From Candidatus Hydrogenedentota bacterium (GTDB lineage Bacteria; Hydrogenedentota; Hydrogenedentia; Hydrogenedentales; SLHB01): a stretch of DNA of 64,000 nt. The stretch covers positions 64,001-128,000 of the forward strand of contig BTWA01000013.1 of assembly GCA_045863295.1 (NCBI GenBank). The letters run 5' to 3'. Below are positions 19,436-29,676 of the stretch, piece by piece (within the stretch, counting starts at the first letter, position 1; each line of letters opens with the position of its first letter). The position numbers were made by a program, and so were the translations under genes. The notes beneath the pieces were generated by a model that had not been told where the DNA came from, ran no database searches, and saw only the letters and a program-made list of their open reading frames with translations.

Positions 19436-20454
19436 GCGGCGCACGGCTGGAGCATCCCGAATGGCTGTGGTTTCTGTGGAGCGTGCCCGTCCTCATTGTT
19501 CTATTCGCGTATTCGGCGGCTCGCCGGAAGAGTGCTCTGCGGGCATACGCCGACGCGGCGCTACTGTACGCGCTGTTGCCGCCCGGCAGTGCCATGAAGC
19601 GGATAGTGAAAGCGGGTTGCCTCGTGGCGGCCGTGGTTCTGATTTCGCTTGCGTTGGCGCGGCCAGTATGGAATCCGCAGCCGGAGACAGTTACGGCGCG
19701 CGGGCGCGATGTCGTATTTCTCCTTGATGTGTCCCGCAGCATGTTGGCCGAAGACTTGAAGCCGAATCGCCTCGAACGGGCCAAACTGGCGATACAGGAC
19801 TGCGTTGAAAGCCTGGACGGCGATCGCGTGGGGCTGGTTGCATTCGCGGGCACCTCGGTGGTCAAATGCCCGCTTACGATGGACTATGGTTTCTTCCGCA
19901 TGATTTTACAGGATGTTTCTCCCGATAGCGTTTCCCGGGGCGGCACGCAAATAGGCGACGCCGTGCGCACGGCAGTCGACAGCGTATTTAACGATGAGAA
20001 CCGCGTGCATCGAGACATCATTCTTATCACCGACGGTGAGGACCACGAGAGCGAACCGGTGAAGGCGGCCGAGGAAGCGGCGGGGAAAGATATCCGCATC
20101 ATTGCGATTGGGCTGGGCGACGATCACCAGGGGGCGCGCATACCCGTGATCGACGAGCAGCAGCGCAAAGGATTCCTCACGCACGAAGGCGTGGAAGTGT
20201 GGTCAAAGCTAAATGGTCAGGCGTTGCGGGATATGGTCGCGGCGACACCCGGCGGGCGCTATTTGAATGTTGCCACAGGCACCTTTGATCTGGGGCAGGT
20301 CTACCGTGATCTCGTGACTTCTGAGGAAAAGAATGAAGAGGTCGAGACCACGTTAGTCCGGTATTCCGAAGGGTTTCAGTGGTTGCTTGGACCGGCATTG
20401 GTCTTCCTACTTATAGAGGGGTTTCTTCGGGATCGGCGGAGGGTCTACCCATGA
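19432..20454 (+). CDS. batB: BatB VWA-domain membrane protein
   Basis: LALARP, DVSRSMLAEDLKPNRLERAK, LITDGEDH. Confidence 0.9.
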   Translation: MSGARLEHPEWLWFLWSVPVLIVLFAYSAARRKSALRAYADAALLYALLPPGSAMKRIVKAGCLVAAVVLISLALARPVWNPQPETVTARGRDVVFLLDVSRSMLAEDLKPNRLERAKLAIQDCVESLDGDRVGLVAFAGTSVVKCPLTMDYGFFRMILQDVSPDSVSRGGTQIGDAVRTAVDSVFNDENRVHRDIILITDGEDHESEPVKAAEEAAGKDIRIIAIGLGDDHQGARIPVIDEQQRKGFLTHEGVEVWSKLNGQALRDMVAATPGGRYLNVATGTFDLGQVYRDLVTSEEKNEEVETTLVRYSEGFQWLLGPALVFLLIEGFLRDRRRVYP

Positions 20455-21410
20455 AACCCGCGATCCTGCTGTTTTTGTGTATGACCGTAACCCCCTGGAG
20501 TGTGGCCGCAACCATTGCGCAGATTGTCGAGGAAGGCAACGCCGCATTCGAATCGGGCGATTACGATGGCGCACTGAAGCATTACGACGAGGCAATCGAG
20601 TTGGATCCGGAACTTCCCGAGGCGCACTTCAATCGCGGCGCGGCACTCTATAAAAAAGGGGACATGGAAGGCGCGAAATCCGCATTTGAAAACGCGATAG
20701 GACAGTCGCCGTCGGGCGAAGTGGAAGCGCAAAGCCTCTACAATCTTGGAAATGTGCATTTTCAAGAGGCGGTGCAAACGGGGGAACAGGATCCTTCCAA
20801 AGCGATAGGCCATTTGGAGTCCGGCGTCAGGCGATACGAAGAGGCTTTGGAACGCAAACCCTCCATGAGCGAAGCGGCCCAGAATTTGGAACTCAGCCGG
20901 AGAATGATACAGACGCTGCGGGAACTCCAACAGCAACAACCTCCTCCTCAGCAGAATCAACAGCCGGATAAATCCCAATCGGATCAAGACCAGGAAGAAC
21001 AGCAAAGTCAATCCGGGCAGGGCCAACAACAGGAGCAAGACGGCCATCAAGAGGAGGCGGAATCGCAGGATCAGGGCGAAAGCGAAACCCAGCAGCAACC
21101 GGCTGGCACGGAGCAGGAAGAGAGAACCCAGGATTCAGGGCAGGATGCGTCGCAGGGAATGGAACAATCCCAATCAGAGCAGTCGCAGGACAGCCAGCCG
21201 CAACCTCAGAAGAAGGATTCCGATCCTGGCGAAGAGGAAAGACCGGCTGAAGCGCCCGGACAACATGCCGACCAAGGGGACCGTGAAGGTGACCCATCCG
21301 CTTTTTCCGAAGAGGACACCGCCCGCGATATATTGCAGGACGAAAAACGACTGAGACAACGGCGAATTGAGGCTCAGAACCGTTTAGCTCCGGTAGGCAA
21401 GGACTGGTGA
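20451..21410 (+). CDS. batC: BatC-like exported TPR protein with Gln/Glu-rich linker
   Basis: Signal peptide, TPRs (YNLGN), Q-rich tract, terminal KDW. Confidence 0.85.
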   Translation: MKPAILLFLCMTVTPWSVAATIAQIVEEGNAAFESGDYDGALKHYDEAIELDPELPEAHFNRGAALYKKGDMEGAKSAFENAIGQSPSGEVEAQSLYNLGNVHFQEAVQTGEQDPSKAIGHLESGVRRYEEALERKPSMSEAAQNLELSRRMIQTLRELQQQQPPPQQNQQPDKSQSDQDQEEQQSQSGQGQQQEQDGHQEEAESQDQGESETQQQPAGTEQEERTQDSGQDASQGMEQSQSEQSQDSQPQPQKKDSDPGEEERPAEAPGQHADQGDREGDPSAFSEEDTARDILQDEKRLRQRRIEAQNRLAPVGKDW

Positions 21411-21411
21411 C

Positions 21412-23277
21412 GTGTTTGATATGCGACTTCCATATCGATTGACCGCAGTGTTGATTCCACTGTTGTGCGCGGCATTTCAGAGTCTTGCCCAGGAGGTGTC
21501 GGTCAAGGCAACCGTGGAAAGCGACACGGTATATGTGGGCCAGCCATTCGAGTTGCAGATTGTGGTTGACGGTACAGACGAAGTGGAAGAGCCGGACATT
21601 TCCGCTTTGAGCCAGTTTAGTCCGCAGTTTCGTGGCGGCGAAAACCGCAACAGCCAATCCATCTCCATTGTCAACGGCGACGTTCAAATGAATGTGCAAC
21701 GCGCGTATGTGTTGAGCTACCGCCTTGTGGTGCAATCGCCGGGCCGATATCAAATTCCCGCACTGACCGTAATGGCGGGCGGCAAAGAATTTCAGACGTC
21801 GCCCATTGACCTGGTGGCGGAGCCGCCGACGCAGAGCAGTGCATGCAGATTGGTAGTGTCGCTGAACAAATACCGCTGCTATGTTGGCGAACCATTGCTG
21901 TTGCGAATTACATGGTATATCTCGGAAAACATCGAGGGGTACTCATTTCAACTTCCCATAGCGAATGTCGAAGGTCTATCGTTGGCGGATCTTGAAGTCC
22001 AGCGCGATCCTGCAAAAGGATACGAAGCGTTGCGATTGCCCATCGGCGACGAACTCGCGGAGAAGAGCCAGGGCCGGCTTGACGGCAAGGAATACACCAC
22101 CTATACCGTGTCCAAAGTGGTGTTTCCCAAGGAAGAAGGCGAATTTGACATTCCCGCCTCGACGGTGACGTTTACCATTCAAGGCAGTGCACGGCGCAGC
22201 AATTTCGATCAGTTTTTCCGTGACCCGTTTTTCTCCCGCGATCGCGCCGAGCGGCAGACCGAGGTCTCCTCGTCCGATCCGATTCACCTGGACGTGTTGC
22301 CATTGCCTGCGGCCGGCCGGCCGGCGAACTTCAGCGGATTGGTGGGATCGTACAGTGTGGCCGCGGAAGCGGCGCCGACCGAGGTAAACGTCGGGGATCC
22401 CATGACGTTGACCATCAAGGTAAGTGGTATCCCGTATTTTGGCCACATCGACCTTACGGGATTGAACCAGCAGGAACAGCTTATCCGGGACTTCCGAATT
22501 CCTGCGGAGATGGCCCCCGCGGAAATGACCCCGGATGCAAAAGTATTTCGTCAAACCATCCGCCCGTTGCGTGCCGGCATTGCCGCGGTCCCTCCCATAA
22601 AATTGCCGTATTTCGACAGCAGCGTTGGCGAGTATCGCGTAGCGCAGAGTGAACCGATACCCATAACAGTGTATGAAACCCGCGTTGTCACTACGGCCGA
22701 TATCGAAGGAGACGCGCCGGTGGCCGCAAATCCCGAACCGGCAAGGGAGCCGACACCCATGGCCGAGGGAATCGCCTACAACTATGAAGGTCCGGAATTG
22801 TTGCGCCGTGCGTATTTGCCGCATGAGACGTGGTTGCGAACACCTTTATGGTGGGGAATTCTAACGTTGCCGCCATTGGTGTTTGCCGCCTTGTTGTCAC
22901 TGCGCGTGGCCCGTGCGCGAACGCAGCGCGCCAAGGCCGGCGCGGTAATGTCGCTCAGGGATTTTGAGCAGGCGGCTTTGGCGATGGCAGCAAATTCCGG
23001 CGAGCAACAGTTCTATCAATCGGCCATCGCAATTTGGCGAGATTACCTGGGAGGCAAGTTGTCCGCCCCGGCGCGGACTATGACGGCTGCCGATGCACGG
23101 CCGCTGCTGCGGCAACGTGGCATCGGGCCGGACGTGATTAGCGAGGTGGAAGCGGTATTCGAGGCTTGCGAAGCCGGCCGATTCGCCGGGGCGGATGTTA
23201 CCGATGCCAACAAGGAAGCAATCGTCAATCGCATGATCGCAGCGGCGAAGGCCCTCGAACAAGGTAATAAGTCATGA
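21412..23277 (+). CDS. batD: BatD-family protein
   Basis: Signal peptide, SISIVNG, YVGEP, P.NFSGLVG, VNVGDP, C-terminal TM. Confidence 0.85.
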   Translation: MFDMRLPYRLTAVLIPLLCAAFQSLAQEVSVKATVESDTVYVGQPFELQIVVDGTDEVEEPDISALSQFSPQFRGGENRNSQSISIVNGDVQMNVQRAYVLSYRLVVQSPGRYQIPALTVMAGGKEFQTSPIDLVAEPPTQSSACRLVVSLNKYRCYVGEPLLLRITWYISENIEGYSFQLPIANVEGLSLADLEVQRDPAKGYEALRLPIGDELAEKSQGRLDGKEYTTYTVSKVVFPKEEGEFDIPASTVTFTIQGSARRSNFDQFFRDPFFSRDRAERQTEVSSSDPIHLDVLPLPAAGRPANFSGLVGSYSVAAEAAPTEVNVGDPMTLTIKVSGIPYFGHIDLTGLNQQEQLIRDFRIPAEMAPAEMTPDAKVFRQTIRPLRAGIAAVPPIKLPYFDSSVGEYRVAQSEPIPITVYETRVVTTADIEGDAPVAANPEPAREPTPMAEGIAYNYEGPELLRRAYLPHETWLRTPLWWGILTLPPLVFAALLSLRVARARTQRAKAGAVMSLRDFEQAALAMAANSGEQQFYQSAIAIWRDYLGGKLSAPARTMTAADARPLLRQRGIGPDVISEVEAVFEACEAGRFAGADVTDANKEAIVNRMIAAAKALEQGNKS

Positions 23278-24107
23278 AGCCAATGGGTGCCGCGATGACG
23301 ATCAAGCTCTGCGCAGGCCTGGTGACGGCCCTTCTAGTAGGTTTAACGGCGGGCGAGGCGGAACTCCCCGCGCCGGAAGTCAGCCAACTGGTCAATGATG
23401 CCAATGCCGCATTCGCACAGGCGAATGAGGCGGCATCCACCGATCGCGCTGCGGCAATACTCTCTTACGAAAAGGCCATATTGCGGTACGAACGTGCCAT
23501 CAACGAGGGGGAGTTGCGAAACGGCGGAATCTACTATAATCTCGCCAATGCCTATTACTTGAAGGGCGATCTGGGCAGGGCCATTCTCAATTACCGGCGT
23601 GCTGAACAGTATCTTCCGAGCGATAAAAACATTCTGCAAAATCTCGCCGTCGCCCGCGCACAGCGAAAAGATTCATTTGAGACCGGCGAATCCGCCCCGT
23701 TGCGCGACGTGCTTTTGTTCTGGCATTACGGTATCCCGGCGCGTTGGCGCATGATTGGCTTTGCGGGCGCCTGGATTATTTTATGGCTGGCAGCCGCGTC
23801 AAGGGTCAGCCGGAAAAGCGTGGCTATCCACGCCACTATTGCCGTATCGTTGCTGCTTGCCTGTGTGTTGTTCGCCTCTGTGCAATACGAAGCCAGCGCC
23901 GCATCGAATTCACCTGAGGCAGTTGTGCTTTCAGCGGAGACCCGCTTGCGCAAGGGGAACAGCGAGTCGTATCAGCCGGTACTCAACGAACCTTTGTACG
24001 CAGGCACGGAGTGCAAGGTGCTTGAGACGCGGGGTGACTGGATCCGGATCGCGCTGCCCGGGGGCGTGGAAGGATGGCTGACCTCCAGCGCAGTCGAACG
24101 CATCTAG
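23274..24107 (+). CDS. batE: BatE-like TPR + TM + SH3 protein
   Basis: YYNLANAY, GRAILNYRRA, two TMs, SH3-like DWIRIALPGGVEGW. Confidence 0.85.
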   Translation: MKPMGAAMTIKLCAGLVTALLVGLTAGEAELPAPEVSQLVNDANAAFAQANEAASTDRAAAILSYEKAILRYERAINEGELRNGGIYYNLANAYYLKGDLGRAILNYRRAEQYLPSDKNILQNLAVARAQRKDSFETGESAPLRDVLLFWHYGIPARWRMIGFAGAWIILWLAAASRVSRKSVAIHATIAVSLLLACVLFASVQYEASAASNSPEAVVLSAETRLRKGNSESYQPVLNEPLYAGTECKVLETRGDWIRIALPGGVEGWLTSSAVERI

Positions 24108-24182
24108 TCCGCGCCAAGCGTTTCAACGGTTGATTCCCCACCCGCCGCGGCGATATGGTTTTTTCGGCAGGGGGATTCCAAC

Positions 24183-27008
24183 ATGCGCGGAACGCGATTC
24201 ATTCTACTCTCGAGTCTCTTCGTTACCCTTTTGGGTTGCCAGCATGGCGGACTGCCGGCAGGTCCGGATCGATTGCTGGTGGTGGAGTTGCGTTGCGAAG
24301 ACGCCATAGATCCCTTGGGAGTCGATGTGCCCACACCCCGGCTTTCCTGGCACGCGATTCCTGTCACGCAATACAGCCGCGCCAAGCATCAGTCCGCCTA
24401 CCGAATCCTCGTGGCCGAAACGAGGGATGCGCTCAGACGTGGCGAAGGTACGCTTTGGGATTCCGGCCGTACGGCAATGACCGAGTCTCCCCAGATTGAG
24501 TACGGTGGGAAGCCGTTGCAACCCATGCAGGCCGTATACTGGAAAGTGCGCGTTTGGGATGAGAAGGATCGTCCGTCGCCTTGGAGCAAAGTGGGTTGCT
24601 GGGAGACCGGTTTGCTGGCAAACGCAAACTGGAAAGGGCAGTGGATTCAGCGCCACAGCAGGCTCGACGAGTCCAACGAAGAGTCCTTTTTTGAGCCCTT
24701 GCCTGGACCGTTGTTTCGTAAGGCATTCTCCATTGACAAGCCCGTGGAGCAGGCTAGGTTGTATATCACGGGGCTTGGATACTACGAAATCCTCCTGAAT
24801 GGGGAACGGGTGGAGGACCGATTCATTGATCCGGCATGGACTGATTATCGCAAGCGCGTTTTCTATTCCGTGTACGACGTGACCGACGATCTGCGCGCGG
24901 GCGCAAACGTGGCGGGCGCGCGTTTGGGCAACGGGTGGTTTAATCCGCTTCCACTGCGCATGTGGGGGAAGTTCAATCTGCGCGAGGCACTTCTTGTTGG
25001 CGAACCACGAATACTTGGGCAATTCGTGATTGACTACACCGACGGATCGCGTGAAATCATTCCAACGGACACGACATGGCAGTACGGCGACAGCATGGTG
25101 GTTGCTAACAGCGTTTATACAGGAGAGACGCAAGATGCATCCGCTGAGCCTCCGGATTGGCACAAACCCGATTTTGATGCGTCAACGTGGCCCAATGCCC
25201 GTCTAGCCGATGCCCCCGGCGGCATTTTGATGGCCCAACCCCTGCCTCCAATCCGGCGCGTTCGCACGATCGAACCCGTGACCGTGACTGAGCCATCGCC
25301 CGGCGTATACATTGCCGATTTTGGCGAGAACATTACCGGTGTTGCCTCATTGCGGACCGAGGGACCGGCCGGCACGCATGTAAACCTGCGGTATGGTGAA
25401 TTGTTGAATTCCGACGGATCGCTCAACGGATTGACATCCGTCATGGGGCAATTAAAGAACAAGCCCGTGCCCGACGGGTCGAAGCGGCCTTCGACTGCCT
25501 GGCAACAGGACACATTTATCCTGAACGGTGACGGCGAGGAAGAGTTCACGCCCAAGTTCACTTTTCACGGATTCCGGTATGTCGAGATCACTGGATTGCC
25601 GCAGCCGCCGGAAAGGGAAACACTGCGCGCACACGTGATTCACACTGATGTGGAGTCCGCGGGAGAGTTCGAATGTTCCAATGACTTGTTCAACCAGATT
25701 CAGGCAATTACACAGCGTACGTTCACGAACAATCTCATAGGCGTTCAATCCGATTGTCCCCATCGCGAGAAGTTTGGTTATGGCGGCGACATCGTCGCCA
25801 GCAGCGAAGCGTTTATGTTGAATTACGACATGGCCGCCTTCTACCGGAAAACGGTGCATGATTTTGAAGACGCGGTGCGGCCAAACGGAGGATTCACCGA
25901 AACCGCGCCGTTTGTGGGCATCGCCGACGAGGGATTGGGAGAGGGTTCCGGTCCGGTCGGTTGGGGCACGGTGCATCCTCTCTTGTTGTGGCAGTTGCGC
26001 CAGTACTACGGCGAAACCAGTCTCATCGACGAACAGTACGACCATGCAAAACGCTGGGTGGAATTGCTCGCGGCGAATGCGCCCGAGTTCATCCTGGACA
26101 ACGGCATTGGCGATCATGAAAGTCTGGTGGAAAAGCCGCGGCCGCTGACCGGCACGGCGTTCTTGTGGTACAACGCGTGGATTCTGGCTCGACTGGCTGA
26201 GACGATTGGCAAGAACGAGGACGCAATCCGGTTCGACACGCTTGCCGGTTCCGTGCGCGACGCGTTCAACCGCCGATTCCTCGAGCCCGGCACCGGAAAA
26301 TACTTTTCAGGAACGCAGGCATGCCAGGCGTTCGCGCTTTACTTCAATCACGTGCCGGATGCGGAAGTGCCCTATGCGCTATGGCAGTTGGTGCAGGATA
26401 TCCTCGTTACACACAACGGCCACCTGAGTACTGGCATCTTCGGCACGAAATACATGCTCGACGCACTGACACGCTACGGCCGGCACGATGTCGCCACCTT
26501 CGTCGTCAATCAGCGAGACTTCCCGGGTTGGGGCCACATGATCGAGAACGGCGCAACCACGCTCTGGGAGCATTGGGAATACAGCGACAACACCTTTTCT
26601 CACAATCATCCCATGTTTGGATCCGTCAGCGAATGGTTCATCAAGCACTGTGCCGGCATGCGCCCCGCCGACGATGCCTTGGGCTTCAACAAGATCATCA
26701 TTCATCCCCAAATGCGCGGCTCTGGCCTGACCCATGCGGAGGCCCGTTACAACTCCGTACGCGGTCCCGTCCGATCGGCTTGGAGGCTGGACGGCCGGAA
26801 CCTCACGCTCGAGGTGACTATCCCTGTCGATGCCACGGCCGAGGTGCACATGCCCGTTTCGCTGAACACGCAGGTATATGAGAAAAGCCGCCGCGTGGAA
26901 GAGGCACGAGGAGTGGAAATCGTTTCACGCGAGGACCGGTGGGAGGTCTATAAGGTTGGTTCGGGAAGGTATGAATTTCACGTCGAAGGTCTGCGCGATC
27001 TAAAGTGA
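24183..27008 (+). CDS. Alpha-L-rhamnosidase, GH78 (lipoprotein)
   Basis: Lipobox LLGC, PRLSW, DFGEN, FTFHGFRYV, SDCPHREK, GATTLWEHW, SHNHPMFG. Confidence 0.92.
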   Translation: MRGTRFILLSSLFVTLLGCQHGGLPAGPDRLLVVELRCEDAIDPLGVDVPTPRLSWHAIPVTQYSRAKHQSAYRILVAETRDALRRGEGTLWDSGRTAMTESPQIEYGGKPLQPMQAVYWKVRVWDEKDRPSPWSKVGCWETGLLANANWKGQWIQRHSRLDESNEESFFEPLPGPLFRKAFSIDKPVEQARLYITGLGYYEILLNGERVEDRFIDPAWTDYRKRVFYSVYDVTDDLRAGANVAGARLGNGWFNPLPLRMWGKFNLREALLVGEPRILGQFVIDYTDGSREIIPTDTTWQYGDSMVVANSVYTGETQDASAEPPDWHKPDFDASTWPNARLADAPGGILMAQPLPPIRRVRTIEPVTVTEPSPGVYIADFGENITGVASLRTEGPAGTHVNLRYGELLNSDGSLNGLTSVMGQLKNKPVPDGSKRPSTAWQQDTFILNGDGEEEFTPKFTFHGFRYVEITGLPQPPERETLRAHVIHTDVESAGEFECSNDLFNQIQAITQRTFTNNLIGVQSDCPHREKFGYGGDIVASSEAFMLNYDMAAFYRKTVHDFEDAVRPNGGFTETAPFVGIADEGLGEGSGPVGWGTVHPLLLWQLRQYYGETSLIDEQYDHAKRWVELLAANAPEFILDNGIGDHESLVEKPRPLTGTAFLWYNAWILARLAETIGKNEDAIRFDTLAGSVRDAFNRRFLEPGTGKYFSGTQACQAFALYFNHVPDAEVPYALWQLVQDILVTHNGHLSTGIFGTKYMLDALTRYGRHDVATFVVNQRDFPGWGHMIENGATTLWEHWEYSDNTFSHNHPMFGSVSEWFIKHCAGMRPADDALGFNKIIIHPQMRGSGLTHAEARYNSVRGPVRSAWRLDGRNLTLEVTIPVDATAEVHMPVSLNTQVYEKSRRVEEARGVEIVSREDRWEVYKVGSGRYEFHVEGLRDLK

Positions 27009-29036
27009 ATCGTCTTCCTTGTCGCCATATTTTACGGCGATCTCCTGGAACTCGTTTTCGAGAGCGAGGAAGGCGTCGAGCACATCGGGGTCAAAATGTT
27101 TGCCCCGGCCTTCTTTCAGGATATTCGCTGCCTTTTCATGGGGCATGGGCGGTTTGTAGCAGCGCAGCGAAGTCAACGCGTCGTACACGTCCGCCAGCGC
27201 CATGATGCGTCCACACATCGGGATCGCCTCTCCTGCGAGTCCTTGCGGGTAACCTGTGCCGTCCCATTTTTCATGGTGGGTCAGGGCAATTTCACATGCC
27301 ATACGCAGGAAGGGAATCCGTTCGCTTGCGCCGCTCGCGATTTCCGCGCGCTTCAAAACCTCATACCCGTGGGTCGTATGCTGTTTCATTTGCTCGAATT
27401 CTTCGTCGGTCAACTTGCCGGGTTTCAGCAATATGTGATCGGGCACCCCCACCTTGCCGATATCGTGCAGAGGCGCGCATCGCGGCATCAGTTCCACATC
27501 GTCTTTTGTGAGCACCCGGCGGAATTTCTTTTGTCGCGCGAGATAATCGGCCAGTTCCTTCACATACCGTTGTGTGCGAATGATATGCCGGCCCGTTTCC
27601 GGGTCGCGCGTTTCGGCAAGCGCCGTCAATCCGCTAATGGCATAGCTCTGCGCGGCGGATAGATCCCGTGCCCGCCGGTATGCCTGTTTCTCCTCGAGCC
27701 TGAACCGGATGATCGAAAGCAAGACAAAGCTCGAAGCAAGCGCCGCCATCATCGGCACTGGGGGAAGGTAGAGTCCATAGTTGGCCAAGGTGTATTGGGA
27801 GCCAAACCAGATGGCCGCCATGCCCACGAGAAAGCCCACACGGCTTATCACGAGCGGCAACGCCGCGACTGAAACCGCCGTGAACAGGCAGAGCAGCAAC
27901 ACCGCCACCACCTCGGCTTGACGCGTCCAGCCGGGCTGATTCAAGTAATCGCCCTGCAACATGTTGTTTACGGCGATCGCGTGCAATTCGACGCCCGGCA
28001 CAGCCCGCGAGAACGGCGTTGCATGCACGTCGCGAAGCGAGACCGCCGACGATCCCACCAGGACGATCTTGCCCGCCAAGTCACTCCTGGACACGTTACC
28101 GGACAGCACATCCGAGGCAGAAACATACGGCGCGTGCCGCATCGAGCCGGAGTAACGTAACAGGAGATTGCCGTGCGCGTCGGTGGGTATTTCCCGGCGT
28201 CCCGCGCGAATACATTGGACTCCCAGCGGTGAACATACGATATCGTAGTTCGACACTCCGGTGGATCGAAGCAGCAGCGCCAACGCAAGCGACGGATACA
28301 CCTGGCCGTCGTATTGGATGACCAGCGGCATTCGGCGGAGTTTATTGTCGAGATCCGGCAGCGCGTTCAAAAATCCCGTGCCGTCGACGGCCGCCGCAAT
28401 TTCATCCGTGGGACACAACGCGTGGCTTGCTTCCAGGATATAGTCTTTGCTCGTGCCTTGTCCGCCCACGATACGGCCTATAGCCAAAGGAGGCGGACAG
28501 GCGCCTTTCCGTGGAAGCTCGTCGCCGAATGAAAGCCACATGCATGTTATCGCGGCTGAACGATGGATCGAATTTGCGAGAAGGGCGTCATTGTCCAACT
28601 GTTCCGGCGAAAGGGGACCAAAATCGAGTTCCATGCCGTGATCGCGGCGGTAGGTCTCTGCGATGGCGGCCAGGGATTTTCCGTCTGGTTCCGCGAGCAC
28701 GATGTCCAAACCGATGCCCGCAGCTTCGAGCTCCCGTATGGAGTCAATCAAACGCGCGAGTTTGTAGCGTGGCCATGGCCACTGGCCTTCTTGTTTCAGG
28801 CTGGCTTCGTCGATGTCTACAATGACTGCGTTGGATACCGGCGGCTCGCGGTCGATCGAACGCAACAATACGTCGTATCCGATCAGATCCAAGTCTCGCA
28901 ACGCGATAGGCCTGACAATAGCGATCAGTGTAAAGGCCAATGCCGCCGCCACGCCCCACAGCAACACGCTAAAGCGGACACGTCCAGTTCGTGCGCCGGT
29001 CGAATCCAAGGCTGACCTTGACCGAGAATGTTTCAT
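27000..29036 (-). CDS. CHASE2-domain HD-GYP cyclic dinucleotide phosphodiesterase
   Basis: CHASE2 (IVDIDEASL..GQWPWPR, GKIVLVG, PGVELHA), 3 TMs, RDPETGRH, LHDIGK, HHEKWDGTGYP, LADVYDAL; alternative start 29096. Confidence 0.92.
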   Translation of the reverse strand: MKHSRSRSALDSTGARTGRVRFSVLLWGVAAALAFTLIAIVRPIALRDLDLIGYDVLLRSIDREPPVSNAVIVDIDEASLKQEGQWPWPRYKLARLIDSIRELEAAGIGLDIVLAEPDGKSLAAIAETYRRDHGMELDFGPLSPEQLDNDALLANSIHRSAAITCMWLSFGDELPRKGACPPPLAIGRIVGGQGTSKDYILEASHALCPTDEIAAAVDGTGFLNALPDLDNKLRRMPLVIQYDGQVYPSLALALLLRSTGVSNYDIVCSPLGVQCIRAGRREIPTDAHGNLLLRYSGSMRHAPYVSASDVLSGNVSRSDLAGKIVLVGSSAVSLRDVHATPFSRAVPGVELHAIAVNNMLQGDYLNQPGWTRQAEVVAVLLLCLFTAVSVAALPLVISRVGFLVGMAAIWFGSQYTLANYGLYLPPVPMMAALASSFVLLSIIRFRLEEKQAYRRARDLSAAQSYAISGLTALAETRDPETGRHIIRTQRYVKELADYLARQKKFRRVLTKDDVELMPRCAPLHDIGKVGVPDHILLKPGKLTDEEFEQMKQHTTHGYEVLKRAEIASGASERIPFLRMACEIALTHHEKWDGTGYPQGLAGEAIPMCGRIMALADVYDALTSLRCYKPPMPHEKAANILKEGRGKHFDPDVLDAFLALENEFQEIAVKYGDKEDDSL

Positions 29037-29076
29037 GCCTGTTGAAACGCCTGTGACTGATGCGCCGGCCAGCTTC

Positions 29077-29676
29077 TTACCGGACAACCACTTCAACCCG
29101 GCGATTTAATGGCTCCGCGACCCCGTCTTCCGTGGGCACAAGCGGGTTGTTTTCGCCATGTGACTCCACCAGGATGTCCCCGGGGCGCACCCCCGACGAC
29201 ACCAAGGCTTCCTTGATGAAGCGCGCGCGCTGGAGCGACAGCTCAATGTTGAATGCGTCTTCGCCCTTGCGGTCCGCGTGCCCAATGACGCTCAGGTCAC
29301 GCGAATTCCGCGCGGCCACTTCCCGCATGATTTCCGCTACCAACGGTTGCGACGCCGCATTGAGGGACGTGGACCCCTCCTCGAAATAGAGGAGAAAACT
29401 CCTCGGTGGATCCGGTTGTGCCTGAATGCCTTGGTAGAATAGCGTTTCGACTTGTTCTTCCGGCATCGGCAGCACTTCGGTGAACGACGTTTCGCTGTTC
29501 TTCACCCACGTGCTGTCCCGGTCCTTCGCCAACACAGCCGTGCCCGTCTTGTTCGTGATTGTCGCTTCGCCCACCTTGCCGGTCGGATCCGGCACCAATA
29601 CAAACGCGCTCAACTCTTTTGCACACCCCGTAAGAGCGACCACGGCCAGCAGTACAATCCAGTTTGCCCGCCTCAT
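29077..29676 (-). CDS. OmpA-family peptidoglycan-binding lipoprotein
   Basis: Lipobox LTGC; GHAD, NIELSLQRA, NRRVEV. Confidence 0.9.
   Translation of the reverse strand: MRRANWIVLLAVVALTGCAKELSAFVLVPDPTGKVGEATITNKTGTAVLAKDRDSTWVKNSETSFTEVLPMPEEQVETLFYQGIQAQPDPPRSFLLYFEEGSTSLNAASQPLVAEIMREVAARNSRDLSVIGHADRKGEDAFNIELSLQRARFIKEALVSSGVRPGDILVESHGENNPLVPTEDGVAEPLNRRVEVVVR

Noticed and set aside
20925..21300. CAG/CAA-rich low-complexity tract resembling a repeat array
   Set aside because: Encodes the normal Gln/Glu-rich linker of BatC; no repeat-spacer structure
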